Below, one piece after another: positions 9,660 to 18,908 of a stretch of DNA of 64,000 nt. The notes under the pieces are model-generated. The model was not told where the DNA came from. It did no database searches and saw only the letters and a list, made by a program, of their open reading frames with translations. The stretch covers positions 33,560 through 97,559 of the forward strand of contig JAYPHU010000011.1 in assembly GCA_038127535.1 (NCBI GenBank), read 5' to 3'. The position numbers and the translations under genes were made by a program. How positions within the stretch are numbered: the first letter of the stretch is position 1; each line of letters starts with the position of its first letter. This DNA comes from Rhodospirillaceae bacterium. Its GTDB lineage: Bacteria; Pseudomonadota; Alphaproteobacteria; Rhodospirillales; UBA2165.

Positions 9660-10466
9660 ATGCTGAACGCGCCCCTCAATCTTAAAAAGGCGCGGGTGCT
9701 GATCTGCAATGATGACGGGATCGACGCCAAGGGCATTAAGCTGTTGGAAAAGATCGCCAAGCCGCTGGTTGGCGAGCTCTGGGTCGTGGCCCCGGCGACC
9801 GAACAAAGCGCCACGGGGCATTCCCTATCTTTACGTACACCGATCCGCATCAAAAAGCGCGGTCCCCGGCGCTTTTCCGTGAGCGGCACCCCCACCGACT
9901 GCGTTTTACTTGCGGTTAACCAAATCATGAAAGAGTGCAAGCCGGACTTGATGTTTTCGGGCATCAACCAGGGACGAAACGTAGGCGAAGATATGACTTA
10001 TTCAGGCACCATTGCAGCGGCGATGGAGGCGACACTGTTCGGGATTCCGGCCATTGCGTTTAGCCAGGCGACCGACGGGGACACAGGAACGGTCGCCGGC
10101 AAGGCAAACTTCGGCCCGGCGGAAAAATGGTGCGCACAGATCATCCGCAAATTGGTGACCGTGGACTGGCCCCGGGACGTGCTGATGAATGTTAATTTCC
10201 CGAATGCGCCGGCAGCCAAGGTGACCCGGATCGAGGTGACCCGGGAGGGGCGGCAAAAACTGGGCGACGAGATTATCGAGAGCTTTGATCCACGGGGCGA
10301 GCCCTATTACTGGATCGGAGCAATGCGGCATAGGCCCGGCGGGCATCCGGCGGGCACGGATTTACAGGCGATGGAAACGGGAACGGTGTCAGTGACGCCG
10401 CTCTCCATGGATATGACCCATCGCCCCACAATGAAAAAACTAAAGGGCGTGTTCGAAGGCAAATAA
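9660..10466 (+). CDS. surE: 5'/3'-nucleotidase SurE
   Basis: 'VLICNDDGIDAKGI', 'SGINQGRNVGEDMTYSGTIAAAMEA' and 'VTPL' are present. Confidence 0.9.
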   Translation: MLNAPLNLKKARVLICNDDGIDAKGIKLLEKIAKPLVGELWVVAPATEQSATGHSLSLRTPIRIKKRGPRRFSVSGTPTDCVLLAVNQIMKECKPDLMFSGINQGRNVGEDMTYSGTIAAAMEATLFGIPAIAFSQATDGDTGTVAGKANFGPAEKWCAQIIRKLVTVDWPRDVLMNVNFPNAPAAKVTRIEVTREGRQKLGDEIIESFDPRGEPYYWIGAMRHRPGGHPAGTDLQAMETGTVSVTPLSMDMTHRPTMKKLKGVFEGK

Positions 10467-10482
10467 GGTTAGGACAGGCCGG

Positions 10483-11175
10483 ATGAACATGGAAATGAGC
10501 CAGGAAGTAAGCCAGGAATTTGGCTGCGAAGGCGGCCGCGATTACCGGCAAGCACGCCTCGTGCTGGGGTTGCGTAGCGCCGGTGTCACTGACACGCGTG
10601 TGATGTCGGCGATGGAGGCGATCCCCAGGGAAATCTTCGTGCCAAAGGCCTTCCACCATCACGCCTATGAAAACGTCACTCTGCCCATCGGTCATCAGCA
10701 AACCCTGAGCCAGCCCGGCATCGTCGGTGTCATGACTCAGGCCCTGGACGTCACCGATCGCTCGAAGGTGCTGGAGGTCGGCACCGGCTCCGGCTATCAA
10801 ACATCGGTTTTGGCGAAGCTCTGCCGGCGGGTCTATACGGTCGAACGCTACCGGCCCTTGCTGGCTGTGGCCGAACAGCGGTTTAAGGAACTGAAACTGC
10901 ACAACATCACCACCAAGCTGGGCGATGGGACCCTGGGTTGGGTGGAGCAAACCCCGTTCGAACGGATCATTGTCACCGCCGCGGCGCTGGATGTGCCGCC
11001 GGTGCTCGCCGATCAGTTGACGCTTGGCGGGATCATGGTCGTGCCGATCGGCTCAGACCCATCGTTTCAGACGATCCTCAAGGTCGTGCGCCACGAAGAC
11101 GGGTTCGAGACCGAGGAACTCCGCGATGTGAAATTCGTGCCGCTGATCCCGGCGGAGGTGCAGGAAGCGGTATGA
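10483..11175 (+). CDS. pcm: protein-L-isoaspartate O-methyltransferase
   Basis: 'IGHQQTLSQPGIVGVMTQAL' and 'VLEVGTGSGYQTSVLAKL' (SAM motif I) are present. Confidence 0.9.
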   Translation: MNMEMSQEVSQEFGCEGGRDYRQARLVLGLRSAGVTDTRVMSAMEAIPREIFVPKAFHHHAYENVTLPIGHQQTLSQPGIVGVMTQALDVTDRSKVLEVGTGSGYQTSVLAKLCRRVYTVERYRPLLAVAEQRFKELKLHNITTKLGDGTLGWVEQTPFERIIVTAAALDVPPVLADQLTLGGIMVVPIGSDPSFQTILKVVRHEDGFETEELRDVKFVPLIPAEVQEAV

Positions 11176-12344
11176 TCACGTTTCGTCAGATATGCCTCTC
11201 CACACGCAGCGCCGGCGTTCTGAGCCTGGCGCTGTTGATGGGCGCCTGCGGTAATCTGGAATGGCCGCCCAAGAGCGGCAGCGTCGGCCACGCGTCGCGG
11301 CCCAATCCGACTGTCTTGTCAGTGCCGATGAACGACAAATCCCTGCAGGCGCCGGACAACGTAATCTCCGTGAGGCAGTTTGATACGGTGGAGGTCGTGG
11401 CTGGGCGTTATGGTGTCTCGCCGAGAGCGCTGATCCGAGCCAATAGTCTGAAAGCGCCGTACCGGTTGCGGCCAGGCATGCGATTGACTTTGCCCGAGCA
11501 GCGAAAGCACGCGGTGGCGCGTGGCGATACGATTTCCGAAATTGCGCATAAGTATAATGTGGACGCGTTTGAGCTGGCGCAGCTGAACCAGCTGAGCCCG
11601 CCCTATACAATTTACATCGGCCAGGACCTGTCCATCCCCGACACCGAAAGCAAGCCGGTTGATCTGGCAGCCTTTAAACGGCCCGACGCAGAGGAGCGAA
11701 CGGTCTCCCGTGCGCCGCTGCCCACTCTCGAGGTGACCCGGGACGAACCCGCACCCGCGCCGGAACAGCTGCGAGCCGAGGCCGCCGAGCCGGAGCCGGT
11801 CATCGCCGAAAAGATCAAATCCACACCCACGCCCGGCGTCAAACCCGACCGGGATACAAAAGTCGCATCGCTTCCCCAAACCCGCCGGGAGCCGTCCCGC
11901 ACCTTGCCTCGCGCCCGTAAAGGATCAGCCTTCGGCTGGCCGGTCGACGGCCGGCTGGTCTCCAGCTTCGGCTCCAAAGGGTCTGGCTTGCGCAATGACG
12001 GCGTCAATATCGCGGCCAAGAAAGGCGCGCCGGTCCGAGCCGCGCGCGGTGGCGTAGTCGCCTATGCCGGGAACGAACTTCGCGGCTTCGGCAATCTTCT
12101 GCTGATCAAACATCCCAACGGCTGGGTCACCGCCTATGCCCACAATGACACGCTTCTCGTAGATAGGGGCGAAAAGGTCAGCCGCGGCCAGGTGATCGCC
12201 AGGGTCGGGGACTCGGGCAACGTCACCTCGCCGCAGATTCACTTCGAAATCCGTAAGAACAACAAGGCTGTCGATCCAGTCCGCCAGATCAGCGGCCGGG
12301 CAAACCGCCGCACCGCCCGCGCCAAGAAGAGTAGCTCCGGATAG
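11172..12344 (+). CDS. LysM + M23 peptidase lipoprotein (NlpD/LytM-like)
   Basis: A lipobox 'LALLMGAC' follows the ATG at 11172 (ATGA overlap with pcm). There are two LysM-like segments and the M23 core 'GVNIAAKKGAPVRAARGGVVAYAG...HPNGWVTAYAHN...PQIHFEIR'. Confidence 0.85.
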   Translation: MITFRQICLSTRSAGVLSLALLMGACGNLEWPPKSGSVGHASRPNPTVLSVPMNDKSLQAPDNVISVRQFDTVEVVAGRYGVSPRALIRANSLKAPYRLRPGMRLTLPEQRKHAVARGDTISEIAHKYNVDAFELAQLNQLSPPYTIYIGQDLSIPDTESKPVDLAAFKRPDAEERTVSRAPLPTLEVTRDEPAPAPEQLRAEAAEPEPVIAEKIKSTPTPGVKPDRDTKVASLPQTRREPSRTLPRARKGSAFGWPVDGRLVSSFGSKGSGLRNDGVNIAAKKGAPVRAARGGVVAYAGNELRGFGNLLLIKHPNGWVTAYAHNDTLLVDRGEKVSRGQVIARVGDSGNVTSPQIHFEIRKNNKAVDPVRQISGRANRRTARAKKSSSG

Positions 12345-12388
12345 GGGTAGAGCGGCGGAGGCAGGTTGGCGGAACCCTGAAGCGTTCC

Positions 12389-13285
12389 CTATCTCGGTGC
12401 CTTTGTTTCTCGACGAGCCATGTAGTAAGTGCCAATAAAAATGACTGCTGCGCCAACCCACGTCCAAAGATCGGTCACCTCTCCAAAGAACATAAATCCA
12501 AGGACAGAGATGATTGGCAGACGTATGAACATCACAGTGGATACCAAGCTTGCGTCCGCCACAATGTAGGCCCGGGACAGGGACCATTGCGCCAGGAAGG
12601 CCAAGCCTCCCATGAAAAAGAGCCATGCCCATTCGGCCCCTGAAGGCGTCACCCACTCATTGATGGCCAGAGGCAGGGAAAAGGGTAGCTGCAATGCGAA
12701 CCCATAGAACACGATGGATAGGGTCATATCCGTATGGGATAGCTTTCTGAGCAGGACATCGCTCAAGCCATATGCCGCCGCCGCGCCAATCGCCGCTAAC
12801 ATTCCGGGATGGATGTCCCCAAAGCCGGGACGCAGCGCGATGGCAACGCCTACAAAACCGACGAACATAGCAACCCAGCGATGCAGGCCAACCCGCTCGC
12901 GAAGTATTAGAATGGCGAACAATATTACAAATAATGGCAGGGAAAAATGTAGCGTCACCGCTTCGCCCAACGGAATCAGGGTCATCGAGAGAAACGATAG
13001 GCTCATCCCGGCATTGCCGGCAAAATTCCGTATGATGTTTAATCCGACCTGTTGAGTTTTCAGACTGATCAGCCCGCGTCGAATTATAAACGGCAACAAA
13101 ATCATAATTCCGGTCACGTGTCGAAAAAACGTCTGCTCAAATGCCCCAATATTTGCTGTGGCTGACAGGTGCCGGACAATCACAAAGGCCAGCGAAAAGA
13201 ACAACGCTGCTGACGCCATCCAGAGGATGCCTTTCATTGGGCTCTGGGTGTGAAGGGGTTCGGAAGTCGATGGCGGGGGAAGCAT
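12389..13285 (-). CDS. DMT superfamily (EamA-like) transporter
   Basis: About 10 TM segments in two EamA-like halves. The start could instead be the internal 'MKGILWM'. Confidence 0.75.
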   Translation of the reverse strand: MLPPPSTSEPLHTQSPMKGILWMASAALFFSLAFVIVRHLSATANIGAFEQTFFRHVTGIMILLPFIIRRGLISLKTQQVGLNIIRNFAGNAGMSLSFLSMTLIPLGEAVTLHFSLPLFVILFAILILRERVGLHRWVAMFVGFVGVAIALRPGFGDIHPGMLAAIGAAAAYGLSDVLLRKLSHTDMTLSIVFYGFALQLPFSLPLAINEWVTPSGAEWAWLFFMGGLAFLAQWSLSRAYIVADASLVSTVMFIRLPIISVLGFMFFGEVTDLWTWVGAAVIFIGTYYMARRETKAPR

Positions 13286-13410
13286 GCGGGGAGTGTGCTA
13301 CCAGGGCATCCAGGCTGCAACAAAAACAAACGCCGATCTGCCCGAGCCAACAGTCGAAAAATCTGGTCTGTCTATGAGGTTGACCGAACCAACAACGTTA
13401 TCGGGGTGAA

Positions 13411-14244
13411 CTACAATTTTGTAGCCCGGTCGGCATGCGTATCGAGAAACGGGCCAAGCACGGCGTTAAACCGATCCGGTTGTTCCAGATTGCTTAAGTG
13501 CCCCGCATCGGGAATAATTTCCAACCGGGCATCCCTAATCCTGTCCTCTAGTTGCCGCCCGATTTCGGGTGATGTCAGCCGGTCAAATTCCCCATAAATT
13601 AAGAGAGCCGGAACATCTATGGCAGAAAGGTCATTGCTCGCGTCAAAATAAACACTTGCTGCGAGTGTCTTGAGATAGCTTTCCTTCCGAAGTTCCAAAA
13701 GGCTTTCCTCTAATCTCTCCCGGGCATCGACGCCGCAATTGGGACCCAGCAGTGAGTCGAGCAGAGCCGGCGCCAGATCGGCGAATGATTTTCCTTCCAA
13801 CAGCGGCTGTTGCCGCAGCCGGAGGAATTCCGCGCGCTTTTCTTCCGATAAAGCCGTCTCAAAGCCGAAATGGGTATCGCAGAGGGTCAACGTGGCAATT
13901 CGGTCAGCATAGCGCGGCTGGAAATCCAATAGAATTCGCCCTCCCATCGAAAGTCCAACCAGATGCGCGGTCTCTACCTCAAGCCAATCCAGGAGCCGGT
14001 TTAGATCATCGCCAAACTCGCTGAACTCCAGGTCTCCGGGATAGTCGGCTGACGCCCCATAACCGCGAGCATCCCAGGCGACGGTCGTAAAGCGATCGGC
14101 CAAGGCCCCGCATTGGTCCGCCCAATTGGAACGGTTGCCGCCAATGCCATGAAGAAAAACAACGACAGGGCCCGAACCAGCCCTCTCATAAGCGATCCGG
14201 GGTGATCCGGGGACGAAATCCAGATCGGATTTGGCTGAAATCAT
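13411..14244 (-). CDS. alpha/beta-fold hydrolase
   Basis: 'VVFLHGIGGNRSNW', the nucleophile elbow 'GLSMGG' and the C-terminal 'DAGHLSNLEQP' are present. There is a 4-nt overlap with the upstream gene. Confidence 0.75.
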   Translation of the reverse strand: MISAKSDLDFVPGSPRIAYERAGSGPVVVFLHGIGGNRSNWADQCGALADRFTTVAWDARGYGASADYPGDLEFSEFGDDLNRLLDWLEVETAHLVGLSMGGRILLDFQPRYADRIATLTLCDTHFGFETALSEEKRAEFLRLRQQPLLEGKSFADLAPALLDSLLGPNCGVDARERLEESLLELRKESYLKTLAASVYFDASNDLSAIDVPALLIYGEFDRLTSPEIGRQLEDRIRDARLEIIPDAGHLSNLEQPDRFNAVLGPFLDTHADRATKL

Positions 14245-15269
14245 TTCAGTGGCGCCAGGTGTCCGTCTTCGACCACGGGCACGTCATCAACAAGAACGTC
14301 GCAGTGACGCATGGGAAAATCGAAGTGGCAGTTCGTAAGTCTGTTCGCGAACTCATTTGCACCGGTGGAAAACAGAAAACTCCCGGCGATTGCGCGAAGT
14401 TCGGTCCCGTTGATGTCATTTTTGTCATACATCGTCAGGGATTCCCAACTTGCTGCCGGATTTAATCCCCATCCAACGTGGGAAACGTTGTAGGCGTTGG
14501 GATCGTTCCAGGCTTCGTAGTAGGACCGTAGCATGACTGCGTCCCGGCCGGTCCCTTCGATCGCGACCACATTGTCTTTTTCGATGTGCATCGTGACCGG
14601 TGAGTCGACGTATTTCTTAAACGTCAGATTGACGTCTCCGGCATTCAGCACCAGGGTTCCGTCGACCGAGTTCTCCAGTGGGAAGCACAAAACCAAGCCG
14701 GCCGGCCAATAGGCGACCATATCTTCGTCCCGTAAAAAACCCACGCCGCCGCGGGTTGGCGCCCCCTCGGTTTTAATATGTAGATCGGTTCCAGCCCGGG
14801 ATTTGACGGACATCGTTTTCGCTACCGAGAGCCGGTTCATCGCGTCATCCAGCACCGGTAATAAGTCCGGATTAGGCATACACCTTGCGAGTATCTCTGG
14901 ATGCTCGCTCGAAATCATGAATACCCGAACGCCGGACTTGAGGAGAACGTCCCGCTGCTCGCTGTGCAAAAGTCCTTCGACCGTAACATCAATGGCAAGT
15001 GTGCAGGCGCTCAACCCGGCAAGGAGATCGTCATACCCGGCAAATGCCTGGCTTGCACCGGTGGAGCGGACGGGTACCGGATCCGAAACCCGGGGCGAAG
15101 GGACCTTGATATGAACAGCTTTGGCGCCGCACTGGAAGAGACCGGCCTCGGTCAATCCAACCAAGTCGGGCCGTGATTGGCTTTCTGAGAGAATGGCGAC
15201 CAAATCGCCCGAGCCTACCCCGCTCATTTCGAAAGTCCGCGCGAAACAATCAACCCACTTTGATTCCAT
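14241..15269 (-). CDS. NicX-like (2,5-dihydroxypyridine 5,6-dioxygenase / aminopeptidase-T-like fold) protein
   Basis: 'VSHVGWGLNP', 'FLFSTGANE' and 'CHFDFPMRHCDV' resemble my recollection of NicX. The start is set at the ATG at 15269 (GAGG upstream), though the ORF can extend to 15359. Confidence 0.6.
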   Translation of the reverse strand: MESKWVDCFARTFEMSGVGSGDLVAILSESQSRPDLVGLTEAGLFQCGAKAVHIKVPSPRVSDPVPVRSTGASQAFAGYDDLLAGLSACTLAIDVTVEGLLHSEQRDVLLKSGVRVFMISSEHPEILARCMPNPDLLPVLDDAMNRLSVAKTMSVKSRAGTDLHIKTEGAPTRGGVGFLRDEDMVAYWPAGLVLCFPLENSVDGTLVLNAGDVNLTFKKYVDSPVTMHIEKDNVVAIEGTGRDAVMLRSYYEAWNDPNAYNVSHVGWGLNPAASWESLTMYDKNDINGTELRAIAGSFLFSTGANEFANRLTNCHFDFPMRHCDVLVDDVPVVEDGHLAPLK

Positions 15270-15279
15270 ACGCCTCGCC

Positions 15280-15471
15280 CTAGCTCTTGTCTTCTTTCCG
15301 GAATCCGCCCAGTTCAAAACTGCTGCCGGTGACATGTTGAACAGCGTCCCCGTAGCCATTTGTGAACCGCCGGGGCATCAGCGCGTTGATGTCAGGGTAG
15401 TTTACCGGGTCCAGAGACCGTCCTGTTTCGTACTGGGTAACGCCGTGAATGTTTCGTCTTGCTATATTCAT
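15280..15471 (-). CDS. small hypothetical protein (63 aa) upstream of the NicX-like gene
   Basis: A good SD (GGTGGGGAGAG) lies 4-5 nt before the ATG, and the ORF stops 8 nt before the next start. No recognisable motif. Confidence 0.3.
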   Translation of the reverse strand: MNIARRNIHGVTQYETGRSLDPVNYPDINALMPRRFTNGYGDAVQHVTGSSFELGGFRKEDKS

Positions 15472-15738
15472 TGTTCTCTCCCCACCTGTTGATTATTTGG
15501 GCTTCATGCTAGACACAAACTTTCAGACAAAAAATCCCCAGTGCCATAAAGGGCCGGGGAAGGCTCGGATATGTTGATCGATAGAGGTCATCAGATACTG
15601 CGATTGCCTTAAACTAAGATCGGCGCGAGGGAAGGGCGGTGGAATAATTTACCCGTCTATCACGTGCTCTCCGAGATTGCCAACCGGCAACCGTGATCTA
15701 AGATGCCCCGTAACCACAAGCCTGCCGGGAGCTAACTC

Positions 15739-16899
15739 ATGAAAATCAGTACAGATCGGATCCTCACCACCCATGTGGGCAGCCTGCCGCGCCCGGATGA
15801 TCTGCTGGAGCTGTTGATCCAGGAAGACCGGGGCGAGGACGTGGATCAAGACGCGCTGCAGGCGAAGACGGCCGCCGCGATCAAGACCGCGGTCAAGGAG
15901 CAGGTCGATAACGGCGTCGATGTGGTCTGCGATGGGGAGCTCGGCAAAATGTCCTATCACATCTATGCCAAGCACCGGCTAAACGGCATCTCCAACGTGG
16001 ACGGTTCCGGCGTGCCCGGCCGCAAAGCGCCCCGCGACCTGCAGGATTTCGATGGCCTGGATATTGAGCAGTTAGCCGGTGGCGGGACCAACCTGATGCA
16101 GGCGACCGGGTGCACGGGGCCGGTGTCCTATGATGATCCGGCGCCGGTGCAGCGGGATATCGACAACCTCAAGGCAGCGGCGGATGCGGCAAAGCCCATT
16201 GACCTGTTCATGAACTCCGCCTCGCCGGGCTGCCTATCCACCTATGTGCCCAACCAGTATTACCCGAGCCGGGATGAATACCGGGCGGCTTTGGTCGCCG
16301 CCATGAAGCCGGAATACAATGCGATCCATCAAGCCGGGTTTGTCCTGCAGCTCGATTGCCCTGATTTGGCGGGCAGCCGGCATACCGACTATCAGGATAT
16401 GAGCGAGAAGGAGTTTTTGGCCGATGCGGAAAAAAGCATCGAGGCGCTAAACGCGGCGACGGCGGATATTCCGCCCGAGGCCATGCGCATGCATATCTGC
16501 TGGCTAAATTATCCGGGGCCCCATACCCACGATATTCCCATCATCAAATTGATTGATCTCTTGAACAAGGCGCGGCCGGCGGGGTTGCTGTTCGAAGGGG
16601 CGAACCCTCGTCACGAGCATGAATGGGAAGACTGGACATCCGTCAAAATCAACGACGATAAGATTTTGATCCCCGGCGTGGTTGATTCCACCAGCAACTA
16701 TGTTGAGCATCCGGTGCTTATCGCCCAGCGTCTCTGCCGCTATGCCGACATTGTCGGGCGGGAACGGGTGCTGGCCGGTACCGACTGCGGATTCGGGACC
16801 TATGCAGGCCGGAAGCGGGTGTTTCCCTCCGTGGTTTTGGGCAAGTTCCGGGCCATGGCGGAAGGCGCAAAGATCGCCACCGAACGGCTTTGGGGGTGA
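15739..16899 (+). CDS. cobalamin-independent methionine synthase (MetE C-terminal-domain) family protein
   Basis: 'ILTTHVGSLPRPDDLL' at the N-terminus and about 386 aa of single-domain MetE-like architecture. Confidence 0.7.
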   Translation: MKISTDRILTTHVGSLPRPDDLLELLIQEDRGEDVDQDALQAKTAAAIKTAVKEQVDNGVDVVCDGELGKMSYHIYAKHRLNGISNVDGSGVPGRKAPRDLQDFDGLDIEQLAGGGTNLMQATGCTGPVSYDDPAPVQRDIDNLKAAADAAKPIDLFMNSASPGCLSTYVPNQYYPSRDEYRAALVAAMKPEYNAIHQAGFVLQLDCPDLAGSRHTDYQDMSEKEFLADAEKSIEALNAATADIPPEAMRMHICWLNYPGPHTHDIPIIKLIDLLNKARPAGLLFEGANPRHEHEWEDWTSVKINDDKILIPGVVDSTSNYVEHPVLIAQRLCRYADIVGRERVLAGTDCGFGTYAGRKRVFPSVVLGKFRAMAEGAKIATERLWG

Positions 16900-17415
16900 T
16901 CGCCGCGAACTTTGGTTCGTGTGCTAGGGATTGCCGCAGAATGCGGCGATTCGGGGATTCAAGCCATGAAATCGAGGCGAGGCAGAGTATCGGTAATTTG
17001 CCTCAACGCGTTCCATCGACACCAAAAAATTACGAAACGAGTTGGCCGCTCCGGGCCTGAAAATTCAGTGATTAAATGTGATGTGAGTCATTGAATTGCC
17101 CGCGTGAAGGTCCAACTCTCTCAATAGAAGACCTGATGGTCGAGGGAAATCTGCGAGATTAGTGTCTGTTTCTGCGGCATAAGGATCAGTCAGCGGATGT
17201 TGGAATATCAAATTGCCGATAGCGCGATCGTTGCGGATCATGACCGGGGCCCATTGCATGTTCTGCCGCTGTCATTACTTTGCGGCTCTGCCTGCCGATC
17301 GGTCCGGCTCTCGGCTACGAATTTGTCAGTGGATATATCGTGATGTCGTGGGCAAGCTGGCTGATCTACCTGGGCATCGCCGAGTGGTATCTGCGCGCCG
17401 CCGGCGATAAACGGA

Positions 17416-18279
17416 CTAGTTCGCGTCTAGCTTCTTCCCCAAACGGCCGGCCAAATCCTGCATAAACTGCCAGGCCACTCGGCCGGAACGGGATCCACGC
17501 GTCATGGACCATTCAAGCGCTTCGGCCCGGAGCGTCTCCTTGTCGATGTCCAGGCCGAATGCCTCGGCATAGCCTTCGATGATCTCGAAGTAGGTATCTT
17601 GCTTGACCGGATGGAAGCCGAGCCACAGGCCGAACCGGTCTGAGAGGGAGACTTTTTCCTCCACAGCTTCCGCCGTGTGAATAGCGCTGGAGCGTTCGTT
17701 CTCGATCATGTCCCGGGGCATCAGGTGCCGGCGGTTCGACGTGGCGTAAAACAGGATGTTCCCCGGCCGACCTTCGATCCCGCCTTCCAGCACGGCTTTC
17801 AGGGATTTGAACGTCGTATCCTCGACCTCAAATGACAGATCATCGCAGAACAGCAGGCAGCGCCGGCCCGAATACTTCAAGACATGCAACAGCCGGGGCA
17901 GGGTGGGGATATCCTCCCGATGGATTTCCACCAGCGCCAGCGCATTCGGAGTTTCCTCGTTGATGCGGGCATGGACGGCCTTGATCAGGGAACTTTTACC
18001 GGTGCCGCGGGAGCCCCACAGCAGCGCATTGTTGGCCGGCAGCCCCTCGGCGAAGCGCTTGGTGTTGTCGTAGAGAATTTCCGTCTGCTGGGTAATACCC
18101 TGCAGCAGGGAAAGATCGATCCGGTTGACGTCGATCACGGGCTCCAGGCCCTCCGGATCGGAATGCCAGACGAAAGCGTCCGCGCCTGCCAGCTCCGGCG
18201 TTTCGACCGGCGCCGGCGCCAGCCGATCCAGGGCGTCAGCGATGCGATTCAGAAGGGGTTCCAGGTCCCGGTCGCTCAT
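17416..18279 (-). CDS. AAA/P-loop ATPase (DUF815-type)
   Basis: Walker A 'GSRGTGKSSLIKA' and Walker B 'LLFCDDLSF' are present. Position divergent from yajC is common in alphaproteobacteria. Confidence 0.75.
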   Translation of the reverse strand: MSDRDLEPLLNRIADALDRLAPAPVETPELAGADAFVWHSDPEGLEPVIDVNRIDLSLLQGITQQTEILYDNTKRFAEGLPANNALLWGSRGTGKSSLIKAVHARINEETPNALALVEIHREDIPTLPRLLHVLKYSGRRCLLFCDDLSFEVEDTTFKSLKAVLEGGIEGRPGNILFYATSNRRHLMPRDMIENERSSAIHTAEAVEEKVSLSDRFGLWLGFHPVKQDTYFEIIEGYAEAFGLDIDKETLRAEALEWSMTRGSRSGRVAWQFMQDLAGRLGKKLDAN

Positions 18280-18412
18280 GCTTTTAGTCTCCCGAAGTGA
18301 GGGCGCGGGACACTAGCACATAAGACGAGTCCGTCAATGGCGGGGACCGATCGCCGAACAATAATTCGCCAGGGATTTCCGCCAATTTTTCGTGAAAATC
18401 AACGGTTTGAGT

Positions 18413-18440
18413 TTGCATTGGCAGCCTCTGAGGCTATAGT
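18413..18440 (+). promoter_or_regulatory. putative promoter for yajC-secDF (TTGCAT-N16-TATAGT)
   Basis: The hexamers at 18413-18418 and 18435-18440 lie about 40 nt upstream of the AGGAG SD and the yajC ATG. Confidence 0.3.
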
Positions 18441-18479
18441 CCGGCCAGACCAGAGGTTTTATCTGTCAGGAGTTCACAG

Positions 18480-18872
18480 ATGTTTATTTCGCCGGCGTAT
18501 GCGCAAGCTGCCGGTGGCGGGGATGGCGGTTTCGCTACCCTTCTGCCGCTCGTACTGATTTTTGCCGTTTTCTACTTTTTGTTGATCCGGCCCCAGCAGA
18601 AAAAAGCCAAGCAGCATCGCGAAATGCTGGCGGCGATCCGCCGTGGTGACAAAGTGATCACCGGTGGCGGCATTTTGGGCACGGTGACCAAAGTCCTGAA
18701 TGAAAACGAGGTCGCCGTGGAAATCGCCGAGGGTATTAAGGTCAAGGTACAACGCAATATGATTGCCGGCGTTCTCTCCAAAGAGGGTGCGGCGGCGCAG
18801 ATGGCCGGCCCGGCGGGCCAACAGGGACAGTCCGGAGGCGGCCTTCTGGGCGGCCTCTTTGGCAAGAAATAG
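18480..18872 (+). CDS. yajC: preprotein translocase subunit YajC
   Basis: 'LLPLVLIFAVFYFLLIRPQQKKAKQHREMLAAIRRGDKVITGGGILG' is present. Confidence 0.9.
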   Translation: MFISPAYAQAAGGGDGGFATLLPLVLIFAVFYFLLIRPQQKKAKQHREMLAAIRRGDKVITGGGILGTVTKVLNENEVAVEIAEGIKVKVQRNMIAGVLSKEGAAAQMAGPAGQQGQSGGGLLGGLFGKK

Positions 18873-18908
18873 CCAAATTATCCGGCCAGGCGACTAAGTT
18901 TCCGAGAG

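Noticed and set aside
10938-11171. A 78-codon N-terminal extension of the LysM/M23 gene. Similar 5' extensions are offered by the ORF track for scpA (2324), nagZ (833), hpnE-like (29558), phnW (39392), msrA (47326), the CgeB-like gene (24973) and GT2 (23985).
   Set aside because: The extensions overlap the preceding genes, are Arg/Gly-rich, and are followed by internal starts. Those internal starts coincide with family N-termini, signal peptides or SD sequences.
16900-17415. A 0.5-kb convergent spacer between the MetE-like and DUF815 genes, with several 60-65-aa ORFs (16912, 17065-, 17213, 17280).
   Set aside because: No SDs and no recognisable motifs were found, and the ORFs overlap one another in different frames. 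The region is left unannotated. An sRNA or a gene remnant cannot be excluded without expression or homology data.
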